From assembly GCF_041956535.1 (NCBI RefSeq), contig NW_027192215.1:365179-429178 (forward strand): a stretch of DNA of 64,000 nucleotides, in the 5' to 3' direction. Below are positions 13,492 through 26,262 of the stretch, one piece after another. The notes beneath the pieces were generated by a model. It searched no databases and was not told the origin of the DNA. It was given only the letters and a program-made list of their open reading frames with translations. This DNA is from Calcarisporiella thermophila CBS 279.70. Taxonomy: Eukaryota; Fungi; Calcarisporiellomycota. Within the stretch, counting starts at the first letter, position 1; every line of letters begins with the position of its first letter. Position numbers and translations under genes: made by a program.

Positions 13492-16400
13492 TCAATCTGT
13501 TCGCTCTGTCATGGGTAATGCGTTAAAATATTCTTTATCCACCACGTAAGTTCGTTGTCCGATTTTTATCAAGCCTATACATCTATTCAATGCTTCCACG
13601 CCAATAAATACCCACGGGCCAAACTTTTCAAAACTCCTTAGATCATATTCATCTTTGCGACATCTCACAGCCCAGCGCACAAGCGCCAACATACGATCTT
13701 CTCCTCGATATTTATGATGAAAATAAAACTGTATTGGAAAAAAATTTGGTAAGTGACTGATTTTCGAAATTTTATCGTACGACATAACAATTCATATTGA
13801 ACAATAGATCAACATGAACAGCTTTGTCCTTAAAAGATATACTCGCCTTCACTTGAGCATAGCGCTCTTTCTCTACCATATCACTAGGTCTACTGCGGAC
13901 ACTTGCGTTACGACTCACACGAACAATAGCCTAAAAGTTGCAGTGCTATGTTAATTGGCAAGGCTGATCAAGTTCACATATGGGTGCTGCTGAAGATACA
14001 AACCGCAACTGTGTAATTGTTTTCCCAGTATTCGTCGGATAGGTTGCAAAAACGCTTAGAGCTGATACGACGACCATCCTTAGTTCGTAGTTGTACATAT
14101 CGGTGGCCAGTTCTTGGAACGTCCTATTTCAATATGATATTTCCTCAAGTTATTTTGTCCACTCATTATGTGCTAGAAAAAAATTGGCGAAAATAAAAAT
14201 TACCTCAAGAGAGGAAAAATTGCACTCATATACAGTCATATAATACTCTTTGAGTCGACGCAATTCCAAATCGCCTAATGAAATGGATTTTCTAGGCCAA
14301 TACAACTGTTCTTGATAACGATCAAGGCGAAGCATCTGTTCTTCCACCCCAGGCCCCAGTTGAAATGCACTAACTGAGGGAATAAACGGTATATGATTGA
14401 GTTTTTCCAATAGATTAATCTGAGTAATAAGGCTATTATATGGGTTTGATCTTGATCTAAGTGCCAATAAAATAAAGTAGGTTTGATAAGCGGTGTATTT
14501 TTAAATTTCATTAAAATTGGACGCTTACCTCACATGAGCTTTTAGCATCCTACAGTATCTCTCCATTGGAAATTGCCAAAACACCCATGGCGGTCCAAAC
14601 TCCCTAATTGACTCTGCAATATGAAGGATAGTGTGAAAAGCGACCCGGTGTTCAGGTATGATGTCCGTAATCGCATCGGCATATTCCCTAGAAAATTCAA
14701 TTTGGTCTTAATTTGCCCATCCAATCCCAATTAGAAATATACAGTAGACATTTACTCAATATAGTGCATATAGAAGTCGTTAAGAGTGTCATGTATCTTG
14801 TTTATTTCCTCATTGGTTAGTGTCCGAGAGAGACAAAGCTTGACGGCCGATACAAATTTAACCCATCCTTTCACAACTCTAAATTGAAAATTTAGAAATA
14901 GAATAAATGTTGAGATAAAGAGGGTGACAATGGATAAAAGAATTACATCTGCACCTACCTAGTGGGAATTTTATCATTGAGAAAGACGAGCGAATACATG
15001 ATAACCCAGTCCATCCACTCCTCAGTTTTGTATTTCGGTCCATACTTGAGAATATTACGAGGTGGGGCTCCAAAACTGGTTGGAATCTTCACTTGACATG
15101 CCTGCATTGCTGCTCCAACCTCTTTAAAAGCCGCTGTTGGTGAAACACGGTCGTTGTAAACCGTTGCGAGAGGTGATAAATCACTAGTCCATTGGAAGTA
15201 CGTCGATTGGGCTAAAGGGAATTGGCAAACCAATGAAAAATAGTGTCATGTTCTAAAAGAAAAATAGCCAGGTTGCAGAGTTCACCCTGCACCTACCAAT
15301 ATCGTCGAAAAGCAAATGCATAGTATCGACGGGGAAAGAGGTAGGAAACGACGTAGTTTTGAGATCAAAGAGGATTGAACGACGGTTAATGCCTAAATCA
15401 CCAGGTTAGTTATATCTTGCACAGTCGATATTTTGCTGCGTGTAATCAATTGCAAGATAACACTGCATCAACGTCTATACTATGCCTACCAGTTTCTTCC
15501 ACAACATTTTCCCGCAATCCTTCCGATAAACTTTCCGCTGAATCGAGTAGCCGCAGGAATTCGAGAGTCTGTGTATGAGTTCGCAAAACCATAGGCTCAG
15601 TCATAGGCTCAATGGTTGAGACCAATGGAAATTGGAATTCCTGCTTTCGACGGTGGTACGTTCCACTAAGCATACAGAATCGACAGCCTCGAAGAGAATG
15701 GACTTCAGAAAATTCTGCCAGCTTTGATATGGTAGACATATCCCCAGACCAAAAAACGGTGTGTGCACGGAGGGTGAAGTTTTGGTTGTTGGATCCGTCA
15801 AAACAAGGGACACCGACTTTGCGTAGAAAATATATATATTACTGTAAATAAATACTCATTCCTTATAAACAAGAAAAAGCTCAGTTCACCTTCAAGCTGC
15901 TCTAGCTCGTCCACGAGGGGTACTAAAAAAGAGTTGAAGTCTTTAGGCAGTCTAGGGCCAGGGACTAGCGTTGAAAAGAGAATATTCTGCTTTTTGACTC
16001 GTTCTTTTGGCGCTAAATTGTGATTAATTAAAATCACCGGCCAACAGTCGTAGCCATCTCTAGATTAACGAAAAGTAAGCCAACCCAAAAAATAAGGAAA
16101 TAACTGCAGGTATAATTCATCTGACCAAGTGTATGTAATGCATAGCAGAAAACGATGATCATATAGTAGATGAAATGTAATAGTTACGTTTTAAACAATT
16201 TGAATGCATCGACAGACCCCGACAAAGCTATATCACGGGGATCCGTGAAAAAGCCGGCTTGGACGAGCTCTTTGTAGCGCTTGCCATCAAAAATATCTCC
16301 AAACTTATATTCAGGGGACGAGATATCGCCATTTGAATGCTCAACATACTGAGCCCTATATCTATGATCGCGTACAGATATTAGCAGGATATAATCCAAA

Positions 16401-17384
16401 ATCTATTGCGATTTGGCTCACACCGACCTTAGCTCCTCTGATCGTGCAGGATTTTGATATTGAAAAAGTAAGCGGTTAATAAGAGGAAAATGATAAAAAA
16501 CTTTGCGTGCAATCTTCATAGGAAATGGGTCGAGCTCGAAACGTCTCTCTTTACAGTATGGGCATTCCTCGAGATGGGCATACTCTCGGGTAAATGCAAT
16601 GCAAGAATTGACGCAGCAATCGTAGGTGTTGGGTTTGAATCCAACAAGGTAGTGTAGGATTTTCTTAACCTGATATTGGCATATATCTGTGTTGAAGATT
16701 ACTTTGCTTATATCAGAAAAAGCCTCATTCCCAAAGTTGTGCTCGAATTTTAGGCTCAGTAGTCTTAACCCGTTAATTACATCTTCGGGTAATGCATCTA
16801 CTCAGATATTAAAAGGAAATCCCTGTTAGAGGCATAAAAGAGACAACGGATGAAAATCGGACATTACTTCTATCGAGTTCCGCAAATTCTTCTGCATTTC
16901 CTCGGTCAAGTCATCATAATCTTCCACAGTTAATTCCCACTCCTCATCTACACTCTCAAAATCGCTCTCGCCCCCGTTTTCATCTTCGACCTCATCCTCG
17001 TCCTCATCTTCATACTCGCCCTCATCTCCAATTTCATTAACACCTTCACCCGCCATAGAAGAATAAGAGCTATACTCTTCCTCATCAAAAAATCTATTAT
17101 TGGACTGGTCGTTCGCCCGAATCCCCAATGGACTAGAAGTAGAGCAAAGATTTGAAGAATTGGAGCTACAAATCACCCTTAGGGAATGAATTTAGCCAGT
17201 TGAGTAGCAACTCTTATAAAACCGACCTGCCAGAATCCTGGTCCGGCTCCATTCGAATGGATGGGTTGTTTATATTCGAGCTAGCCCACCTCATCATATC
17301 CTGCTCATGCCTCCACCGGGTTGATGTGCTAACAAATTTGTCATTGCAGCGAGGGCAAACGCATCGCACTCGCTTCGGAGGCAT
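13492..17384 (-). mobile_element. CACTA/CMC (EnSpm-like, Transposase_21/Tnp2-type) transposase gene, about 14 exons
   Basis: Spliced translation gives MPPKRVRCVCPRC...STRWRH, an acidic tract, YDCCVNSCIAF...CPYCKERRF, DIFDGKRY, SVDAF, DCWPV...NLAPKER, PGPRLPKDFNSFLVPLVDEL, GDM...GCRFC, PVDTMHLL, YKTEEW, FHTILH...GPPWVFWQFPMERYC and YAQVKFYF, all typical of this family. One splice-phase conflict near 16800-16867. No TIR or TSD confirmed. Confidence 0.88.
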
Positions 17385-17439
17385 TTCCGCAAGACTTAAC
17401 AGTTACCACAAAATTGCCAAGGCGTGAGAATGCAAGAGG

Positions 17440-17476
17440 GCATTCAAAAAAGCATTCAAAAAAGCATTCAAAAAAG
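17440..17476 (+). repeat. 12-bp tandem repeat (GCATTCAAAAAA x3) upstream of the transposase; CCATTCAACG x2 near 17594-17615
   Basis: Read directly from the sequence; may be CACTA-type subterminal repeats. Confidence 0.7.
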
Positions 17477-20400
17477 TCTATTCACGAGGTGGAGCGCTAA
17501 AAAAAAAAAAGCAAAATATACTCGAACGCGAAAAGTGCGAAAAATCTGGTGGCAACTCGCTATCGATTTTGGAGAGAAACAAAGCTTCGTGATCCATTCA
17601 ACGCACCATTCAACGTGGGAGTCTAGCACGAACTGTTTTAAGAGTAATCGGGCAATTGCAGCTAATGTGTGACATCAATCTATCAAGGGTCTCAGCACCA
17701 ATATGCAACCGCCGGGCTGCTGATCCGCATTTGTTGAGGGCGGTGGGAACCGCTGGTTGCTTTCCATTGAGTTAGTCTCGGCCTGTCTATCTTCTCACGC
17801 GCCTCCTCTTTCTTTTCATTCCTACTCTCTCTGCTTGGATGCGGCTGCCAAGATGAATGTGGCGGAGTCAAACCAAAGAAACCAGAAACTTCCGAGGATT
17901 ATGAACGGGAAAAGGCACATTGTGGCTGAGAAAGTAAAGAGGAGCAAAGCTAGAGCCTGGGAATCCATTAAAGGCGTCAGTTGAAAGCAGGTGATGAAAA
18001 TAATTGGCTTAAATAATTGGACCATCTTGATAAAAAGGATAGCTTGTGATAGAAAGTTAATCACTCCGCTTCTTATTCCAAAATGCAACCTGCCCAAAAC
18101 ATATACCCCAAGTATGGTGATGTCAGTAAGTAGTCACAAAATATAAGAACTATCTAAAACCATCCAAACACGATTGCCCCATATATTTTCGGATGGGGTG
18201 AGAATAATATTGACAAACCAAGGGCAAACAAATGCTAACAATGCTTCAAACCAGAGAATTCGAGGATTCCCATTCAAGCAGAATCCCCACGAGCAGTGGT
18301 GTCTAGAATTAAGCGCATAGAGATACTTAAGAATATTCAACACAGCTAAAAAAACAGTAAAGGTGTGTTTAGAACATTATCACAGTATTTTCATGGAAAC
18401 ATTTTTAGGACCAATAGAGCTTCCGAATATTTTATCATGGCCTCGAGAGGTACTGCAGGTACAGTGAGCAAAATGGAGATTGGAAAAATAGGCAAAATCA
18501 AATCAAATTGCATTGCAAATAACTCAAAGATACCAATCTTATAGTCCCAATCCTTGGAAACAACAGGTGTTAATCAGCAATGGGGCTGAAATGGTGATCA
18601 CCAGCAAGTGTAGTAGGAAGTGAGATCAGAGAAGTCGGAAAAATGAGGGTGATTGAAGGAGATGCCGAAGCGATATTGGTTGCCATCTTCGGGAATATCT
18701 CTGGATGGGCAAAGCCTTGATGTTCCTCAGCCGAGTTGGAAAATTTGCGTGCAAAAAAGGAATACCAACGAACAGATATTTACAATACTTATCCCCCGTT
18801 TTCTTTCATATACAATATGGAAAGATTTCAGCTAGACATTAGCCACTATCAATTATCATCAAGAAGGAAATATGTTAGGTAAAGCAAATTTTAGAAAGCC
18901 GAAAACAACGCAATCACAAAGAATACTTAATGAACTAGAAAGGTTACGAATCTCACCAAGAAGAATGGGAGCCTATGAAGAGTTTGGCCAATGCCCAATA
19001 AATACTCGAAGAATACGAGAACAACAAGACGAGCACAGCAAAGCACAAGAGAGGGAAATAATAATGTAGGCTCGCCGTCGTCTCACCCATGATGGATACG
19101 ATACTGTTTACGGGCAAGGGCCAAATCTCTTTGGCATAATACGATATTTGGCAAGACTCTCGCTAAATCGAATGGCACAAACAAAGCAGAACAAATCAAA
19201 GCAGCGCTATACATGGACAAAGTCATACGTTGCCTGCTTGATCACCTAGTTTTCCAGTTCCAAGTAAGAGAGTTTGGTTAACTCTGCTGATACAGAGGGA
19301 GCCCTGTGGATTGAAGCCCCAACAAATCCTTGTTAGATTTTCCACTCGCCGTTCTGTGGTGGATAGAATTTTCGGAGATGACGATGGGTAATCCCATGCT
19401 TCCCACTAGCCGTTGGCATTGCGGTAAAGTGATTTTCCTTTTTAAAAAGGATTCAATAAACTCATCTTTACTTCTCAAGATTTGTTCCCATGAGAAATTT
19501 CTATTACTGAAAAATAAAATCACAATGAAAAATTAGAGGTTTGAACCTAGTTTCTCGTCTTGGTATTCAAATTTAACTTCGTGTAAATAAATTTGTAGAG
19601 ATTATCTTGTTGATAAAATCACTTTTGAAACATTGAAAATGTTAGACATGATATTTTTACGATGCACGGAGGCTCTTTCTATTTGCATACTTTAACGGTA
19701 TACTGATACATGAAAGCAAAAAAAAAATATAAAAGATAAAAATATTGCTCGCATTTGGAAAACGGTTATTATCACTTGATATTCTTGATAAGATTAAAAA
19801 ATACATATCATTACTGCTAGAGCGGTATATATTATTTTTAGTTAGTGCACTTGAATTTTTTTTATCCTTTCATTACGCTTGTCCTCTCCTCTTAATTTAC
19901 ACCTGTTTGGACTATTTCTCGTTAGAGGAAGTAATTGTGTATTTGACCTCGGGAAATCTTTGATGAGTCAGTTATTCAGAATTCATCCTGTTAGTCACGG
20001 TTCAAGAGGTGCGAGTAAAATAATACACGAAGCGTCTGTTTCTAGTTGGTATACTCCATATTTGGGTAAAACAGCTTCTTCTACATTAAAAGTTCTTCCC
20101 AATTCAAAATTTTTTTCAACAATAAGATTACCTTTGAAGTGAGTAAGAGGGCTAACTTTACTAACATTTTGGATTGAATCCAGATTCTAAAAGACTTTTG
20201 CATAGGTCTCCTTTATATATTAGTGTAGGATGGTGTTGCCTGGAGGGGCATTGCTCTTATATCGCTGGTAAAACCTTTGTTATTTAGGATAAGACTAGTA
20301 GATTACATGCAGATATAATGGGTCAAAGAAGATGAATTGAACGATGCCTCTAGCTCCATGCTTTAGTTTCATTCTCATTCTAGCTCGACCCAATATGGGT

Positions 20401-20676
20401 TGCTTCCCCATCCCTTCAGGACGCAAACCAGCCTATTCCTTTATTATACAGCTTCTAGCTTCAAAACAATAACCTTGAGTATCTATCTAGCTTGATCCAA
20501 AACAAGAGATATTCGCATTCACAGTCGGACTACACGCTTTTCTTAATATAGTTAACACTTTCCCAGACCTTCATATCACAGCATTACTTTGAGTTCCAAC
20601 ATAAACTCTATACTAATAAGGGATGCTTTCCCACTTCGCCGCATAATTCAATACCTTTGTAAAGAGGCCTAAAACT

Positions 20677-20683
20677 TATAAAA
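20677..20683 (+). promoter_or_regulatory. TATA box of the small Cys-rich peptide gene
   Basis: TATAAAA about 80 bp upstream of ATG 20760, followed by a C/A-rich leader. Confidence 0.6.
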
Positions 20684-20759
20684 GGGCGCCGAGAAGCTAG
20701 CAGGATATTGCATTCTCACCTCCTTCACCTAAAAAAATCCAACAAACACTTCTTCAACG

Positions 20760-20969
20760 ATGGTTAAACTGACTATTCTTGCGTTTTTGGCGTCTGCAGT
20801 GATGATGGTCTCCGCCACTCCCGTTGACCAACTTGACCAACTCGACCATAAAATCCCCGCACTTGCCAAGCGTGCTTGCTCGTACCCGTGCATTCCCAAG
20901 TCGTGCGAAGTCTACGGTTGCAACAGTGGAAATTGCCGCAAGTGGTGCAATATGTGCGGTTGCCCATAA
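20760..20969 (+). CDS. Small secreted cysteine-rich prepropeptide (signal peptide, pro-region, KR site, 31-aa mature peptide with 8 Cys)
   Basis: MVKLTILAFLASAVMMVSA is a hydrophobic signal. The pro-region ends in LAKR (Kex2-type site). Predicted mature peptide is ACSYPCIPKSCEVYGCNSGNCRKWCNMCGCP. The ORF is a GC-richer island in AT-rich DNA, with an upstream TATA and a downstream AATAAA. Confidence 0.85.
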   Translation: MVKLTILAFLASAVMMVSATPVDQLDQLDHKIPALAKRACSYPCIPKSCEVYGCNSGNCRKWCNMCGCP

Positions 20970-22392
20970 TTCTACAATTTTTAATAGCCCTTTCTGGCTT
21001 TGTCATTAAAAATGGTTCTGTCCACTTTAAATTTACTAGCTCTTTGATACTGATGAATAAAGTTGACCATTTTTGATAGTACATATTGATATTTTTTTAA
21101 GAAATTACCTTATTGAAAGTTTTACATAGGGTACTACATTACAAATAAACTTTTTATAATTTGCCCTTTTTAAATATTAGCTGCCATAATTGGAGGCATT
21201 TGGCTGATATTAATCAACCCTAAATATAAAATTAATAGAGAATCTTAATAGGAAAGGATGCACTATTGTGACCATTAATATGAGTTTGACATAATAAGTG
21301 GAGATAATGCTGTATATCCCACGTCCATGCCGAGTACGGTAAATCCAAAACCTTCAAACAAGACCTAAAAAATATAACGATGATGCCATCGAAATGTACA
21401 GTTCGATATAACGAACAAATCGTAAATTCTGTCGACAGGCCTGAGAATTTAGATATTTTCTAGAAGAGTTAAATCCGGTGCACGTATTAAATGTCAGAAA
21501 TGACTGCGTCAAGGAAAATGTATAAAGAGTGTTTGTTTTGTTTTCTAAATGGCCACTCGATTCTTATATGATGCTAAGAAATCCTCGGACTTGACATACT
21601 TCAAATAATGGTGATGTATTTTTTTACTTTATCAAAATTGAAGTTGGCTTGGAAGGAGGTCGAACTATTATCATTCAGCTATTACTATTATCTCTAGTCT
21701 TTTCATGATTCAAAGGTAAATTTTGTTGAATAGAATTTCATAGCATGTATAGTTTAATCTTTAATTTTATAGCTTGCTAACTGATGCAATTGTAGTACTA
21801 GCGCTATACTTCGTTAAGCTGTAGTAATGTCAATACAGTTGTGTATAAAAAATATAACCAAGAATGGATAAAATATACGGTCTTTCTTATAAGTCTTAAG
21901 AGAAAGGAATTACTGCTTTCAGCAATATTTAGCTTTTCAAATGCCCCATTAAAAGAGTATTTGGATGCTTATGTTGAAACTTGAGAGAACAGCCATATAG
22001 CGAGTTGATAGATTTATATAAAACACAAGGAGATTGTTAACTATGTATAAAACCAGAGCTACTTAATCATGTTTTCACAATGACTTTTAGCTGTATTTAA
22101 TGCATGCCGTCATTCGATCCAAGCCTATAATGTCAGAATTTTTACCGGGTCCTTGGTAAATATCAGTTGTAGCGGTCACTACAAACAACACCCCGTGGCT
22201 TGGCCCAACTTTCATCACTAATGGATGACAAAGAGCAAGTAGAGCAAGATTAGGAAACGTTTGGTCTGTCCGGTTCTCTACATTTGGCTCACTCCTTCAC
22301 TCTGTCTTAATAATCAAACGAGAGCGTCAGAGTGAATATTGGTTTTGTTCATTAATCGATTCTTTTGTACCTAAGGAAAAGGAGTGGATGGA

Positions 22393-23880
22393 ATGCGCTC
22401 CTTTACCGAACAGACCGCGTCACCGGCGGAAAGCCTGGCGATCGCGGAGCATGGCGAGCCACCACCATATCTCGATGTAATCCGAAACTTTTTTTAACCG
22501 AGAATATTCAGTTATATTCACAATCATGTCGATTGCTTTAAATTAGGTGTGCATTGCGGGAGGGACGGCCGGATCTATTGCTGACTTCATGATGCATAGT
22601 GTCGATACTGTAAAAACTCGACTACAAGGACAATCTGTCACAGTCCCGCTCAAATACCAAAGCATGGTGCAAGCATACCGATTAGTGTGGCGAGAAGAAG
22701 GCATAATTAGAGGATTATACAGTGGAATTATTCCGGCGATATCAGGATCTAGTATGCCAATAAAGAGAATAATGGCGACAGAAATAGAATCTTGGATTAA
22801 TGAAACTCATACTTGTTCTATTAGTACCTGCCACAACCATATATTTCGGAACATACGAGTTTGTTAAACGCAGTCTGACACGAGCAGGACTTCCTGACAC
22901 ACTTTCTCACTTAGCTGCGGGTACTATCTCCATTTACCAACTATACATTTTTTCGTCTACAGAAGATCTAATCGTTTATTGTTGAACGCATAGGCTCAGT
23001 GGGAGATCTTATGGCGTCCTTTGTCTATGTTCCCTCGGAGGTACTCAAAACACGTATGCAACTTCAAGGTCGCTATAACAATCCACATTTTATCAGCGGC
23101 TACAATTATCGCAATACTTGGCATGCGGCAAAGATGGTATGATACATAGGCCTTAATTTCTTAGAAATTCCGGGAACTAATCTTCTTCTATTCAGATTGT
23201 ACAATATGATGGATGGGGAGCATTATACCACGGATATGGTGCAACTATTCTTCGTGACGTTCCCTTTTCAGCGCTTCAGTTTGCATTTTATGGTAAATAG
23301 GAGAGCTCACCCGTTTATAGCTCCAGATCAACAACTAGAATAACTTGATGTTTTAAAAAAATAGAAAAGTTTAAAGCATTAGCGATCAAGTACCACGAAA
23401 CTCGCAACCTTCCACTTACCACCGATATCATTACTGGCGCGATTGCTGGTGGACTGGCGGGAGGAATCACGACACCGTTAGACGTCATTAAGACTGTGTT
23501 ACAGACCCAGGTGAAAAAGCCCACGGTAAATACTTGTTTAAAATGTTTCTCATTTCCACCCTCGGTGATTATATCGTAACAATGTTACTAACGATTTTTT
23601 CCGTCAATTATTTTTTTAATATCGGTAGCATCTAACCAATAATCACCAAACGATCACTCATCATTACAGCACTGGAATCGTTGACGGGCTCTCTTATCTT
23701 TATCGTCACGAAGGCTTGCGCGGTCTATTCCGCGGGGTTGGCCCACGGGTATTTTGGACGTCGTTACAAAGCGCGATTATGTTTGTTATTTATGAACAAG
23801 TGCTACTAATATTTGACCATGGTCGGTTGGGAGGGTGGTGGTCGCCGAGTTGGATTGGAGAGTGGGGTTGGGCAAAGTAG
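22393..23880 (+). CDS. MME1: Mitochondrial carrier family protein, MME1/YMR166C-like, multi-exon (start uncertain)
   Basis: Three carrier repeats: [41 protein letters not shown] and [12 protein letters not shown], plus [14 protein letters not shown] and [21 protein letters not shown]. Stop TAG at 23878-23880. Confidence 0.85.
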
Positions 23881-24964
23881 ATTTTCTTCATGTTTGACCG
23901 AACTTTTCACATATATATATTTCCTTTTTTTTATTATAGAAGGTGTTTTTACATTGCTTTTTTCTTTAATGTTGTAAATTATTATGAATGATTTTTGGAG
24001 AGAAGATTTCTGGTAGCGATTAAATATAAAACGTCATGTTCTGCCCAATATCGCTCGATGTTTTCTTGTATTGATTAACCTATTGGGCTTTAACCTGGGC
24101 TATTCGTTTAGCATTCACAGAGCCTATTTTACCTGGAGTATTGGCCTACTTATTACTATGTTAAACTTTATCTATCGAATCCAACCACATAATGATACCT
24201 GGATAGGTATCAGGTTGAGGTCTATCCACGGTTGCGTTCAAACATCGAGATATTTTGGACAGCCAAAGGAATTTTAACCGAGTAATAAAATTTAGTGTGC
24301 ATCAAAGAGGGGGCCCTCGAATTCTTTGAAATACTTTATCAGCCACGAATCTTCAAAGAGACTGTGGAACTTTATTTAGTGAAAATGTAAATCCTACCGC
24401 CTCTAGCCTCCGCCCACCTCCGAGCCCAAGCATCCGAAGTGACATGACGTAAACTCGGGTTTAGCGCTGATGGTAAGCTTTTTCTTCTCAAACGAGGAGT
24501 ATTAGCAGAAAAGTTGTTCACACAAGACAGTGAGTCCGCTGCTTCGAGGATGGCGCTTCCAGGATCATAGGGACCAAAAATAGCACTTCATATTTGCTTA
24601 TCGAGTATAAGGCAGCTCACACAATGAAATTATGAGGCGGATCAGTTTATTCTTTGGAAAAATAAAGAATTCATACGAATTTGTAGAGAATATCTCGTGA
24701 AATTTTAACATTTCAACCCTCTTCTTATACGGGAGGAAATTCGTCAAGGAAACGAGCGGTGTACGGGCGCACTCAGTCTTAGCTATGATCATAGCACGGT
24801 TCAGGCTTGGCTACATTTAGAGCCTCAATCTAACCTTGTTATATGCGCCAACTCCAATTTGGAGGTGTGACTTCGATTCCTAACTCCTGTTGCAATCTAT
24901 TATTCACTCTATTATCAACTGTGGGGTAACTTACTCCACACTTGTATAATATTAGCTTTTTAAC

Positions 24965-26262
24965 ATGAAAATAGGTAATCGCCCTCGATTCAGTAAAATT
25001 CATGTGCTTCTTTAACATTTTTATAGCATGTTTGCAATATGATCCACATCTGGGACAGGTCCAGCGGAATCAGCGTCGTGCAAATCAACTACTAGAACGG
25101 CAAGTTTCCCTTCACCCCATCCCCATCCAGTGTCTCCGTTGTTAATTTAAATCTATTTAGATTTCAACCTGGCGATATCGACGTACTCGTTCTTCCCGAG
25201 ATGGCTTTTACTGGTTACGTATTTAATGATAGAATAAGCATTTATCCGTATCTTGAAGATTCACAGAATGGAGCCAGCGTATGCTGGGCAAAAGAAACGG
25301 CGAAAAGGTTGCAGGCCTATGTCATGGTGGGGTACCCACAGATTGTTAAAGGTAATGTTGGAACAAGATGCCACATCGAAGCGAATCATTTCAATTGAGT
25401 TGTTCAAGTATTCATTTGATGTAGGGCAGTCCGATGTATATTACAATAGTATCTGTTTGGTAGATAGAACAGGTCAGTTGGTTACAAACTACCAAAAGTC
25501 ATTTCTATTTGAAACCGATGAACGATGGGCAAGCGAAGGCCCGGGCTTTCGTTCAGTGGATGTAAAAGAGCTTGGAAGAGTAAATATTCCCTCGAGATGT
25601 TTTCCTCAGGAGCCACGCTTGCTCCGGTAAAAAAAAGAAAAACCTCTCCTAATCACTTTGTACACATAGGTTGGAATCGGTATATGTATGGACTTAAACC
25701 CATACAAATTTCAGGCGCCTTTCCATGCATTCGAATTTGCACGCTTTCACCGGGTCAAGGGATCGCGCCTATTGCTCTGCTCAATGGCGTGGCTGAAGCA
25801 GCCAGAGGAGGAGGCGGATGAAGACAAACATGGGGATGCAAGTGACGATGAGATTGAGTCGTATGATGACACTTCGAATAGTATGGGTGATCTTGGAATG
25901 ATTAGAGGTTTGGGCACGAACAACAGGATTGCCGAGCTTTCAGATATCATAGAAGGGGCGAAACACCCCGCCACCTCCGTGATGAATTATTGGGCGTTGA
26001 GGCTTCTTCCCCTATACTCTAACATCGGTGATGATGACACAGGGGTACTGGTGGCGGTGGCAAATCGATGTGGAAGTGAAGCAGGTTAGTAAGAGTGGCG
26101 GACTGGCATCCATCATCTCAAGAGTATTTTTTAACATGACTTATCTGATTAGGGCTAACCTTTTGCGGCCACAGCTGTGTCATGCGTTTGACTTCTCGTG
26201 GGGTGACGCTGTTAGGGTACTTGGGGGGAAGTGAGGAGAAAGTGCTGGTGGTGGAGGTCTAG
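24965..26262 (+). CDS. NTA1: Protein N-terminal Asn/Gln amidohydrolase (nitrilase superfamily), multi-exon
   Basis: MKIACLQYDP, DVLVLPEMAFTGYVF, YQKSFLFETDERWASEG, GICMDLNPYKFQAPF..FEFA, SMAWL, YW..RL.PL, ANRCGSE...FCGHS. The Glu-Lys-Cys triad is present. Confidence 0.9.

Noticed and set aside
13247-17591. CACGA...TCGTG as terminal inverted repeats of the CACTA element
   Set aside because: Only 5 bp match and the flanks (AC vs AT) give no TSD.
17700-19540. Purine-rich stretch with faint resemblance to a decayed DIRS or other retroelement
   Set aside because: No unambiguous RT, RNase H or YR motif could be read in any frame; it needs a translated search against a TE library.
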